Shown here: in pieces, positions 1 to 7,699 of the stretch
How positions within the stretch are numbered: position 1 is the stretch's first letter
Layout of the letters: every line of letters begins with the position of its first letter
IMG/VR virus record: IMGVR_UViG_3300035698_014365
Span: 1 to 64,000 of that record
Origin: a virus
Length of the DNA stretch: 64,000 nt
Direction: 5' to 3' (one strand)
Notes under the pieces: model-generated
Database searches by the model: none
Told to the model about the DNA's origin: nothing
What the model saw: only the letters and a program-made list of their open reading frames with translations
Program-made: the position numbers and the translations under genes

Positions 1-2
1 AC

Positions 3-137
3 ACAGAGGTTCCATGGTGCAATTCTGGGGGCGTAATGAGAGCGGGCCACGCCGAAGACTGCCGATGCCTAAAGTGCCACAGAGAACACAAGGGAGCATT
101 CGTGCCCACCCCAACAGGAGAGAGTGATGAAGTGTAG
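3..137 (+). CDS. Partial (5'-truncated) Cys/His-rich cassette protein ending ...CRCLKCH...TPTGESDEV*
   Basis: Open frame from the window start through repeat B (108-127) to TAG at 135-137; same C-terminal peptide as the downstream cassettes. Confidence 0.6.
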   Translation, partial: TEVPWCNSGGVMRAGHAEDCRCLKCHREHKGAFVPTPTGESDEV

Positions 138-336
138 AAACTATCTGTGTGTCGGCTTCTATGGAGCCAGCAATGAGGTGTGTGGTATGTCTGGCCGTGC
201 CGTTCGCAACTGCAAACACCGCAAGGATTTCGAGCGCATCGTTCGCGCTGGCCATGGGATGCAGTCGGAGTCCAATGCAGACGAAGCCCGTGGTGGGCAA
301 TTTATGATGGAGTTAACCCGTTCCAAGGAGAAGTAG
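127..336 (+). CDS. Small Cys-rich hypothetical protein (cassette)
   Basis: ATG directly after the SD in repeat B; four Cys in the N-terminal half. Confidence 0.65.
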   Translation: MKCRNYLCVGFYGASNEVCGMSGRAVRNCKHRKDFERIVRAGHGMQSESNADEARGGQFMMELTRSKEK

Positions 337-338
337 TT

Positions 339-626
339 ATGAGCAAGAAAATCGAGTATGTGGTAGAGGTTCGCGTATCGGCAGAAGAAGACGGACAGGC
401 GATTGCGTTCGTCAAGGCAGTACAGAAGTGGTGTGAGGATGAAGAACAGACGCTGGTGGAGACATCGGGCGTCTCGCTGGGGCCATGGCCGCGCGACTCA
501 GAAACCTTGAGCGACGGACAGATAAAGAAGCGGGCCGCCAAGCTGCTCCAGCGGCACAGTGCCTACTCCATCGGCGACTGTGATGTGGCCATTGCCGAAA
601 TCAACGGCATTGTGTCGGCCGCCTAG
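339..626 (+). CDS. Hypothetical protein (MSKKIEY...)
   Basis: AAGGAG SD upstream of ATG 339; abuts the previous stop. Confidence 0.7.
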   Translation: MSKKIEYVVEVRVSAEEDGQAIAFVKAVQKWCEDEEQTLVETSGVSLGPWPRDSETLSDGQIKKRAAKLLQRHSAYSIGDCDVAIAEINGIVSAA

Positions 627-631
627 CAAAC

Positions 632-744
632 GGGTGACGTTTAGGGTGGCGTGGACTGTCCAGTAGCCTGGAATGTGGCCGAAAGGCTAGGAGCAACATG
701 TATCGCGGCGTAGCGTCCGCGCAGAAAGCACCACCCTGTCACCT
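632..744 (+). ncRNA. Candidate multi-stem structured RNA in the intergenic gap
   Basis: GGTGAC(633-638)/GTCACC(738-743) and AGGGTGG(643-649)/CCACCCT(731-737) close the region; inner hairpins CCAG-tagc-CTGG, GCC-GAAA-GGC and CGCGG...CCGCG. Confidence 0.5.
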
Positions 745-771
745 AACCACCCCAACAGGAGAGAGTGACAC

Positions 772-1026
772 ATGAACAAGACTGAATGGATAACAGAGAG
801 AACCCGCATCATATCTGACATGCTGGACAACCCAGACGAGAACGGTATCTACCCCACCACCAAGTGCTACGAAGAGCTTGACGCGCTCTACGACGCCATA
901 GCCCCCACCGCTACGACTGAGGGGGAGACTTGCGACAACTGTGGACGCGGTGACTGTCGGTTTGCGCGCCCGAACGAGGGGACCTCTTGTCGCTACTACA
1001 CCCCAACAGGAGATGACAATGGCTGA
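772..1026 (+). CDS. Two-module cassette protein: N-module + PTATTEG + Cys-rich module
   Basis: Starts after repeat B (749), contains repeat A, ends in repeat B. Confidence 0.8.
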   Translation: MNKTEWITERTRIISDMLDNPDENGIYPTTKCYEELDALYDAIAPTATTEGETCDNCGRGDCRFARPNEGTSCRYYTPTGDDNG

Positions 1027-1528
1027 ACTGAGCGAGGCATACGAACAGCAAGTGGGGGAGTCTGCCACGTATCGCAAGCTATCCAGCACCTACCACACGC
1101 TCAGATATGTGCGGTGGTTGGAGGCCATTGCCACACCCCTGATGAAAAGTAAGGAATGCCCGCATTGTGGTGGTGATGGGAAGTTCATGGACAAGGGGGA
1201 GTCGTACCCCTGCACGCTTTGCGAGGGCTCTGGCCGCGTCATGGCCGTTGAGAGCCGCACCCCCACCGCTACGACTGAGGGGTGGGTGGCAGTGGAGGAC
1301 GGGCTGCCACACGACGATATGTGGTGTGCCCTTCTCAACCACGGGAATCAGAGAATGCTTGGGTGGTGGAATGCCACGCACGAATGTTGGTGCTACCGGG
1401 GCAGATGGCGCCAAGGAATAGCGGCGTGGCTCCCATTGCCAGAGGCACCACCAGAAGCGGTCTGTGGTGAATGCGGACAGCGACTCCCCGACGCCCCGCC
1501 CCCAACAGGAGAGAGTGACAATGGCTGA
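1019..1528 (+). CDS. Multi-module cassette protein: N-module, DnaJ-type zinc finger (CxxCxGxG x2), linker A, DUF551-like domain, CxxC
   Basis: CPHCGGDG/CTLCEGSG motifs; WVAVEDGLP...AWLPLPEAP fits the DUF551/Eaa pattern; start ATG lies in repeat B. Confidence 0.8.
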   Translation: MAELSEAYEQQVGESATYRKLSSTYHTLRYVRWLEAIATPLMKSKECPHCGGDGKFMDKGESYPCTLCEGSGRVMAVESRTPTATTEGWVAVEDGLPHDDMWCALLNHGNQRMLGWWNATHECWCYRGRWRQGIAAWLPLPEAPPEAVCGECGQRLPDAPPPTGESDNG

Positions 1529-1784
1529 ACAAGAGACGGTGATTGAAATACTTGAGGACTACGCCGACACGCGGGACAGGTGGAACACCGTGCCCAACAA
1601 GTACCCAGACCCCAGCGCATTCAACGAGCGAATTAGGGCCGTGTTCCGCACCCCCGCCGCTACGACTGAGGGGTGTGAGGGGTGTGACAGCATCGGCTCA
1701 ATCGTATTTTGCCCGCCATGTGAACGCTACCCCAAGAAGCGCATCGACTGCTTCACCCCAACAGGAGAGAGTGACAATGGCTGA
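1521..1784 (+). CDS. Two-module cassette protein with C-terminal CxxC..CxxC module
   Basis: ATG in repeat B, internal repeat A, ends TPTGESDNG. Confidence 0.8.
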   Translation: MAEQETVIEILEDYADTRDRWNTVPNKYPDPSAFNERIRAVFRTPAATTEGCEGCDSIGSIVFCPPCERYPKKRIDCFTPTGESDNG

Positions 1785-2043
1785 ACGATACCTAACACAC
1801 GGGAAGGTGGTGTGGGATACCAAGAAGGGGCCAGCCAACCCCCTCTGCAAGTGCGAACAGGAAGAGGTGAGCCGCCATATAGCCAAGGCCCTCAACGAAT
1901 CCGAGACAGTGCTGGCACTTATGGACGAACTCGAAGAGCGCAACACCTACGGGGCCAAGTACCACATTGGGAGTATCCAAGAGGTAATCGACGCCATCCG
2001 TGCCGCACTTGCCACCCCAACAGGAGAGAGTGACAATGGATAG
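1777..2043 (+). CDS. Cassette protein (MAERY...HIAKALN...)
   Basis: Bounded by repeat B at both ends. Confidence 0.8.
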   Translation: MAERYLTHGKVVWDTKKGPANPLCKCEQEEVSRHIAKALNESETVLALMDELEERNTYGAKYHIGSIQEVIDAIRAALATPTGESDNG

Positions 2044-2347
2044 CACAGACGGTTGCACATGCCAGTCATGTGGTAGAACTTACAAGGTTGACCTGCTGGT
2101 TTCCGATGAATTGTGGAAACGGATTAGGCCAGCGGGCAAGGCTGAAGGCGCTGGAATGCTTTGTGGTGGCTGCATGGTGTTACGCATTGAGGGGCTAGGG
2201 ATGTTCGGTGTGTATCGTGTTGGCGCTGTCAAAAAGGAGTGCGATGGGTGCGGGCGGGACCCGTTCAACGCCCTCTGTGATAAGTGTGACAGGCTGCCGC
2301 GTCCCGACCATTTCATCACCCCAACAGGGGAGAGTGACAATGGCTGA
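2036..2347 (+). CDS. Cassette protein with two Cys4 zinc-binding modules
   Basis: CQSC...LCGGC and CDGC...CDKC; bounded by repeat B. Confidence 0.8.
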   Translation: MDSTDGCTCQSCGRTYKVDLLVSDELWKRIRPAGKAEGAGMLCGGCMVLRIEGLGMFGVYRVGAVKKECDGCGRDPFNALCDKCDRLPRPDHFITPTGESDNG

Positions 2348-2642
2348 TAGGTACGAAGTAGACAAAGAGAGCTGCGACAGTTGGTGTGTGTGTGACACGA
2401 CCACCCCAGTGGGTAAGCCAGATATTTGGTGCCACTCTTCCAGCGAGACGCACGCTCACCGCATAGCTAAGGCTCTCAACGCCACCCCCACCGCTACGAC
2501 TGAGGGGTGTGAACACACGTGGCAAACGCCCATGTTCAAGGTTGAGCGTTGCAGAGACTGCGGTAAGCTCCGCGAATTGGCGTACCCCCCAACAGGAGAG
2601 AGTGGCAAGGGTGGCGCGAACGAGGGGAAAGGAGTAGATTAG
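2340..2642 (+). CDS. Two-module cassette protein (MADRY...RIAKALN + linker A + CxH..CxxC)
   Basis: ATG in repeat B, internal repeat A, degenerate repeat B near the end. Confidence 0.8.
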   Translation: MADRYEVDKESCDSWCVCDTTTPVGKPDIWCHSSSETHAHRIAKALNATPTATTEGCEHTWQTPMFKVERCRDCGKLRELAYPPTGESGKGGANEGKGVD

Positions 2643-2748
2643 TGCAGAGCCTGGAAACTCCGAATACAATAGGGTTGGCCCAGTCCATTAAACGAGTGCG
2701 ATATCTTCCAGGCTCTCGTACTCGGCCCTTATTGTGTGGGCCTGGAGG
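2641..2748 (+). promoter_or_regulatory. Structured leader upstream of the HNH gene
   Basis: Perfect 11-bp inverted repeat AGAGCCTGGAA(2646-2656)/TTCCAGGCTCT(2706-2716), then a GGCCC/GGGCC hairpin next to the GGAGG SD. Confidence 0.5.
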
Positions 2749-2752
2749 AGTT

Positions 2753-3241
2753 GTGGAAACGAAGTATTGTCCCGGGTGTAAAACGACAAAGCCCACCACC
2801 GCGTTTTCCAAGTCGCGGGGGCGCTACGATGGCCTACAGGGCTGGTGTAAGGCGTGCAAGGTCGAGCAGCAGCGGTCCACGCCAGAAAAGAGGCGGGTGT
2901 GGGACGCGGACTACCGGCGCAACAACCCCGAGAGCATCCACGAATCAAACACCCGCTGGGCACACAAGCCAGAGGTTATGAAAAGGAGGCGCGCGCGTGG
3001 TTTGGCGCGAATGAGGAGAGAGCGCTGGACGCCGGCCGCAGTGGCACGGCAAAGAGTGAGAAAGGCGTGCCGAAGAGGAGAGCTTGTGCGCCCCGAAATC
3101 TGTTCGCGATGCGGCAGGGCGCCCGTGAGGGGAACAATCCATGCCCACCACGAAGACTACGGCAAGCCACTGGAGGTGGTGTGGGTGTGCCAAAAATGTC
3201 ACACAGCAATTCACATATTAAAGGAGGGGCTGAATGAATGA
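2753..3241 (+). CDS. HNH endonuclease with N-terminal zinc finger
   Basis: CPGC...WCKAC and CSRC...IHAHHEDYGKPLEVVWVCQKCH; GGAGG before GTG 2753. Confidence 0.85.
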   Translation: METKYCPGCKTTKPTTAFSKSRGRYDGLQGWCKACKVEQQRSTPEKRRVWDADYRRNNPESIHESNTRWAHKPEVMKRRRARGLARMRRERWTPAAVARQRVRKACRRGELVRPEICSRCGRAPVRGTIHAHHEDYGKPLEVVWVCQKCHTAIHILKEGLNE

Positions 3242-4391
3242 TGCACCGATGGTAGTCGAACAGAGCGCGATGGAGATTGCCAACCGCGCTGATATTGAGA
3301 TGCAAATTTCCACAGCGCGCAAGTATCCGCGCAGCGTGCAAAAGGCGTCGCAGGCCATCGTTACCATGGCCACGATGGATGAAGACACCGCCGCCGCGTG
3401 CGGATACGTTATTCCTCGGGACGGGAAGGAGATCGACGGCCCCTCTGTGCGCTTGGCAGAGATAGCCGCCAGTCAGTGGGGCAATATGCGCATCAAAAGC
3501 TACGTGGTGGATATTGGACAGAAGTTTGTTACGGCAGAGGGCGTCGCCCATGACTTGGAGAGCAATATGGCATATTCAATTCAGGTCCGACGCCGCATCA
3601 CGAAGAGTAGCGGCCAGCGGTACAGTGACGACATGATTATGACGACCGCGAACGCTGCGTGTTCAGTAGCATTCCGCGAAGTTACGTTCAAGGCGATCCC
3701 GCGGGCCTATGTCAACAAAGCGTACCATGCGGCGCGCCGCATTGCCGTCGGCGACGAGTCCAAGCTCCCCGAACGCCGCGAGAAGATGCTCAAGCGCTTT
3801 GCTGTTCACGGCGTGACCTCGGTAATGATCCTACAGTTCGTCGCGCGTCCGTCTATCGAGGAGGTCGGACTCGCAGACCTGCAGAGATTAATGGGTGTGT
3901 ACACTGCGGTGGCAGACGGTGACGTATCTGTCCGAGAAGTTTTTGGCGGTCAGAAGTCAGAGCCGAAACCTGCTCCCGCTCCAAAATCAGAACCGGCCCC
4001 TGCGGCAGTGAAGCCTGAGCCTGTTGAGGCTGCTGCTCCGGCTGAGCAGAAGGAAGAGGTCCCTGCTGCTGCGCCACCGCCTGCCGAGGAAAAGCCCAAG
4101 GGGCGCGGCCGGCCCAAGGGTGCCAAGAATAAGGCAAAGGCTGAGCCCACTCCTCCTGCACAGGAAGAGGCACCTGTTGAGCCTGCACCCAAACAGGAAG
4201 CTCCCGCTGGCCAGTCTCCTCAGCAGGAATATGAGACCCTTCTGCTCCAGCTTGAGACACAGGGCAAGGGTGAGCAGTTGAGCACGGTGATGCAGCAGTC
4301 CGTCAAGGTGCTGGATAAAACCATCGACGAGTTCACTGACGACGACTACGTGCAGGTCAACGCCGAACTGAGGAAGGCTCTCAATGGGTGA
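3234..4391 (+). CDS. Putative single-strand annealing/recombination protein with a long Pro/Ala/Glu tail
   Basis: Phage-type N-terminus (ARKYPRS...GPSVRLAE...WGN); adjacent to an exonuclease; low-complexity C-terminus. Confidence 0.55.
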   Translation: MNDAPMVVEQSAMEIANRADIEMQISTARKYPRSVQKASQAIVTMATMDEDTAAACGYVIPRDGKEIDGPSVRLAEIAASQWGNMRIKSYVVDIGQKFVTAEGVAHDLESNMAYSIQVRRRITKSSGQRYSDDMIMTTANAACSVAFREVTFKAIPRAYVNKAYHAARRIAVGDESKLPERREKMLKRFAVHGVTSVMILQFVARPSIEEVGLADLQRLMGVYTAVADGDVSVREVFGGQKSEPKPAPAPKSEPAPAAVKPEPVEAAAPAEQKEEVPAAAPPPAEEKPKGRGRPKGAKNKAKAEPTPPAQEEAPVEPAPKQEAPAGQSPQQEYETLLLQLETQGKGEQLSTVMQQSVKVLDKTIDEFTDDDYVQVNAELRKALNG

Positions 4392-5484
4392 GAACAAACA
4401 CGACTTGTTGGGTCCATCGAGCCTTGGTCTTCGCCACCTCTGCCCTGGGAGCGCTAATCTCCAACGCCAGAAGGAGGTTCCGGAGGAGGAAGAGTCCTCT
4501 GCTGCGGCCACTCGAGGAAGTGCGCTTCACAAATTGGCCGCGGATGCCCTTGGCGATGTGGATATCACCATATCGTTGGCGGCTATTGAGCAGGGTGATG
4601 TCAACGCGGTCAACTGGTGTGTCGAGCAGTGCCGCGAAATCCACAAGGACTTCCCGGGTATACTGAAAACCGAGCAGGAAATCTCGCTGAAGGATGTTGG
4701 CATAGAAAAAGGCACTATCGATGTGCTGATTGTCCAGCCCGGGGAAGGCGTCACTGTCATTGACCACAAATTTGGCATGATGGAGGTGCCACCACCTGAG
4801 TACAACTGGCAGATGAAGGCGTATGCATGGGCCGCGCGCAATAAATACGGTGGCGAGTCCGTGTCTGCTGTCATTCTCCAGCCAGAGCTCGAGCCGTCGC
4901 GCAGGTTCAAGGAACACACGTTCTCAGCGGAGGATATGGCCGCTATCGGCAAGGAAATAGCCGACACTGTGGACAGGTGCAATGCAGAGGACTCGCCGCT
5001 CGTCAAGGGCTGGTGGTGCACAGGCATGTTCTGCAAGTGCACTGACGTGTGCCCGCTGTGGATGAATGCCGTACTTGGGCTGCCACAGCACCTCGATATC
5101 ACCCAACACCTCGACACCCTTGAGCCAGACAAGCGTACGGACCTCTACGACACGCTGGTTGCGGCCAACAAGTGGAGCGAGAAGGCTATCGCCAAGTGTC
5201 AGGCGTGGATACATGGGGGTGGACACGTGCCCGGGTATGAGATACGGGACGGCAGAAAGTCCCGCGTGTGGGGTGACGCAGACGTTGCAGGCCCCGCACT
5301 CAGGGAAATGGCTGTGGACATGGGGGTGAACCCGGACGATCTGTTCGAGCCGGAGCACCTGAAGTCTATTGCCAAGGTCGAGGGAGTTGTTGGAACCTCA
5401 GATGCCGTTGCCGAGAAACTGTCGCCACTCATTCTCCACGTGCCAGGTAAGCCCGTTATCAGGCCCGCGCGCAAGAAAAAGTGA
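4384..5484 (+). CDS. DUF2800-family PD-(D/E)XK, Cas4-like exonuclease
   Basis: HxLLGPSS..CPGS, GSALH, GTID, VIDHKFG, QMKAYA and a C-terminal Cys cluster. Confidence 0.85.
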   Translation: MGENKHDLLGPSSLGLRHLCPGSANLQRQKEVPEEEESSAAATRGSALHKLAADALGDVDITISLAAIEQGDVNAVNWCVEQCREIHKDFPGILKTEQEISLKDVGIEKGTIDVLIVQPGEGVTVIDHKFGMMEVPPPEYNWQMKAYAWAARNKYGGESVSAVILQPELEPSRRFKEHTFSAEDMAAIGKEIADTVDRCNAEDSPLVKGWWCTGMFCKCTDVCPLWMNAVLGLPQHLDITQHLDTLEPDKRTDLYDTLVAANKWSEKAIAKCQAWIHGGGHVPGYEIRDGRKSRVWGDADVAGPALREMAVDMGVNPDDLFEPEHLKSIAKVEGVVGTSDAVAEKLSPLILHVPGKPVIRPARKKK

Positions 5485-5882
5485 CACGGCTCCCGCAATC
5501 CAATGGCACCGCCGGCGAGGACATGGCCCTGCACTGGGCCAAGCAACATGGCTGGCGGCTTTTCCGTCACCAGCCACCGACGAAGGTGGTGTACATAGAG
5601 AAGCGGGCGGTCACCATCCAGTGTAAGTCGGGTGGCATTTCAGACTTCACGGGGTATCGCCCGAGATTAATTAACATGTACGTTGCGGTCGAGGCCAAGG
5701 AGGCGACGGGCAAGACCATGATGTGCAGCAGGCTCGACAAGGATCAGCGGGACTGGATGAGCCGTCTGCCACCAGGCTGTGCGTACGTTGCCATCGCGTG
5801 GATGGATGGCGGTAACCCGTGGTGTGAGGTACACCCATTTAAGTACAAGGGCTCCTACAAACGAAACGAGGGCACGAAGTGA
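5481..5882 (+). CDS. PD-(D/E)XK nuclease, RecU-like Holliday junction resolvase
   Basis: SDFTG...VAVEAK motif followed by Q..WM. Confidence 0.7.
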   Translation: MTRLPQSNGTAGEDMALHWAKQHGWRLFRHQPPTKVVYIEKRAVTIQCKSGGISDFTGYRPRLINMYVAVEAKEATGKTMMCSRLDKDQRDWMSRLPPGCAYVAIAWMDGGNPWCEVHPFKYKGSYKRNEGTK

Positions 5883-6130
5883 GCATCGAAGAACTCGTGA
5901 TTATACACGCCAAGACTAAGGTGGGCCATTTAAACCGCCAAATTCACACACAAAGGGGCTTCATTAAGCATCTTGAGGAGGAGAAAGAGGTGCTGGCGGT
6001 CGAGAATAAGCGCCTGCGGCATCGGATAACAGGCTACAAAGGCGCCATCTCCGTGTTCAGGACCAAGCTGGCGGCCGGGGTGGGCATTGTCATGGCCACA
6101 GTCCTTCCGGGCGATTTCTTGCCCCTTTAG
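5879..6130 (+). CDS. Hypothetical coiled-coil protein
   Basis: GTGA overlap with the upstream gene; heptad-like segment. Confidence 0.55.
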   Translation: MSIEELVIIHAKTKVGHLNRQIHTQRGFIKHLEEEKEVLAVENKRLRHRITGYKGAISVFRTKLAAGVGIVMATVLPGDFLPL

Positions 6131-6165
6131 AGCGGGAAAAACGATACCCTTTCAACAAAGGAGAG

Positions 6166-6459
6166 GTGATGGCGACGTACACCAAGCGAGGGGTTTATGG
6201 AATAGACGATCTTGTGCCGGAGGCCGCCGAGGGGTTGCGTGTGGTGTCCCGGCTGTTCAGGAAGAAAGATCAAGACCTGTATTTAACGTCCGGCAGTGAG
6301 GGTACGCACCTCATGGAGAGCTACCATTACACGCACAGGGCGTGGGATCAGAGGCCGAACCCCAAGATAAGCACAAAAATGCTCAAAGTGGCCCTTGGGA
6401 AAGCGTTTCAGGTAGTAGACGAGGGCGACCACATCCACATCCAGCGCAGGGCTACTTGA
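6166..6459 (+). CDS. Peptidase M15-like zinc peptidase (putative endolysin)
   Basis: LTSG..G.H...SYHY..RAWD and DHIHIQ (HxxxxxxD...HxH); AAGGAG SD. Confidence 0.7.
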   Translation: MMATYTKRGVYGIDDLVPEAAEGLRVVSRLFRKKDQDLYLTSGSEGTHLMESYHYTHRAWDQRPNPKISTKMLKVALGKAFQVVDEGDHIHIQRRAT

Positions 6460-6994
6460 GATTCATCAGGCCACCGCATGTCTGCAGATCGTACGGCGAC
6501 ACCTTGATATTGAATATTTCCGGCCCGTCCCAGCCGTACTTGAACAGCATGTGGTTGGCCAGCTCACTGCAGTAGTACGCCCCCGGCCTGTCCTTGGCCT
6601 TCGGGTTAATGAACTCGAACAGGCCCGGGAAGTCGTAGTTCAGGGTCTGGCGCCACATATAGGCCAGTTCGTCCTGCGCGGCCTCTCGCTTGCCCACATC
6701 ATCAAATATTGACGCCCTGCGGAACCCCAGAATAAATCTCTTGCGCTTGCCTACCAGATCCTCCATGGAATCGACACTGAGGCCGTCGTTGGTGAGCATC
6801 TGAGCGATCAGGAGCTGGCCCCGGCACTCGAATACAATGCCCGTGTGCACGGAGATATTGCGGTCAAATATGTGCCTGCGGCCTGCGGTGACGCCACGGA
6901 TTATCATTGGGCTGGGGATAACCCGTCCGCCACCGCAGATAACGAGGTCCATGCCACGCAGCTTCGGATACCAGCGCTTCATGGAGTTGATCAC
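6452..6994 (-). CDS. Permuted papain-like amidase (YaeF/YiiX, C92 / permuted NlpC-P60)
   Basis: His first (VHTGIV), then YDF and YYCSEL Cys, then SPYDL. Confidence 0.8.
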   Translation of the reverse strand: MINSMKRWYPKLRGMDLVICGGGRVIPSPMIIRGVTAGRRHIFDRNISVHTGIVFECRGQLLIAQMLTNDGLSVDSMEDLVGKRKRFILGFRRASIFDDVGKREAAQDELAYMWRQTLNYDFPGLFEFINPKAKDRPGAYYCSELANHMLFKYGWDGPEIFNIKVSPYDLQTCGGLMNLK

Positions 6995-7698
6995 AGCGAA
7001 AGTCCTGAGTTGAGGCTAAGGCGCGAAGGAGAATGACGAGCAGCGGAACCTGCTACGACGGCACCACCAGTAGTTACCACAGTAAGCAATGGTCGCTCTG
7101 CCGCAGTTACTGACTCTTGGGAGTCGAATGTCCCCTGGTTGGCATTGTTACCAATGAGAACAATCCCGTAGTTTGGCTGTGCGCCAGCGTGCCACTCGCC
7201 GACAGCCGTAGCCAAGTCCCACGTTATTGGATCTCCCGCACCCTCTGCGCCGGTCATTGCGGTAGTAGCTTCCGCTACACCATCGTAATCCCCTGCCGCC
7301 AAACTTCCACCAGCACCAACAGCCCAAGGCGTATCAGTTGGATTGGCAAACGCACGGGCATTCGTCGCCTGTGAACTTGCGGCAGGAGACTCGCTGGCTC
7401 CTTCTGCGGTATTTGTTACACCCCAATTTGTGGTAAGGCGATGGGCGGAAAGGCTAGAACCACCAAACGGGGCAAAATTGACGTATAGTGTCAATACCGC
7501 AGATGCTATTGTTTCGCCAGCAGGAATGCTGGATATGTCAAAGCGCATCAGCGTGAGCGCACCATCGCCATTGTCCACCAGTAGCGTAGCCTCGGTTCCA
7601 AACGCATCGTTGGCCGAAATAAACCTATCTATGTACGTATCCTTATGCGTGCCACTGACTGTAGCCGTTGGGCCTTCACCGAATATGTACGTTGGCAT
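6991..7698 (-). CDS. DNRLRE/CBM96-type carbohydrate-binding protein, probably virion-associated
   Basis: DTYI...N.AFG...LMRFDISSIPAGETIASAVLTLY...NYGIVL...RPLLTV. Confidence 0.8.
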   Translation of the reverse strand: MPTYIFGEGPTATVSGTHKDTYIDRFISANDAFGTEATLLVDNGDGALTLMRFDISSIPAGETIASAVLTLYVNFAPFGGSSLSAHRLTTNWGVTNTAEGASESPAASSQATNARAFANPTDTPWAVGAGGSLAAGDYDGVAEATTAMTGAEGAGDPITWDLATAVGEWHAGAQPNYGIVLIGNNANQGTFDSQESVTAAERPLLTVVTTGGAVVAGSAARHSPSRLSLNSGLSL

Positions 7699-7699
7699 A

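Larger units (their letters stand above)
902..2512 (+). repeat. Repeat A, (A)CCCCCACCGCTACGACTGAGGGG: 4 direct copies at about 902, 1259, 1650 and 2484
   Basis: Read directly. Always in frame as the linker (T)PTATTEG between two protein modules. Confidence 0.95.
108..2604 (+). repeat. Repeat B, (A)CCCCAACAGGAGAGAGTGACAATGG: 8 direct copies at about 108, 749, 1000, 1500, 1755, 2014, 2318 and 2587
   Basis: Read directly. Encodes PTGES(DNG) at the end of each upstream ORF and supplies AGGAG plus ATG for the next gene; the last copy (2587) lacks the ATG. Confidence 0.95.

Noticed and set aside
941-2339. Upstream extensions of array ORFs given in the ORF track (941, 1464, 1543, 2000, 2208)
   Set aside because: The true starts are the ATGs inside repeat B with an AGGAG SD; the extensions overlap the preceding gene.
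108-2604. Repeat array as a CRISPR array, given the nearby Cas4-like nuclease
   Set aside because: The intervening segments are ~250-640 bp protein-coding genes of variable length, the repeats are not palindromic, and DUF2800 nucleases are ordinary phage recombination genes.
108-2604. Repeats as classical integron attC sites or a diversity-generating retroelement
   Set aside because: There is no attC-type inverted-repeat structure, no integrase or reverse transcriptase in the window, and no adenine-specific TR/VR pair was seen.
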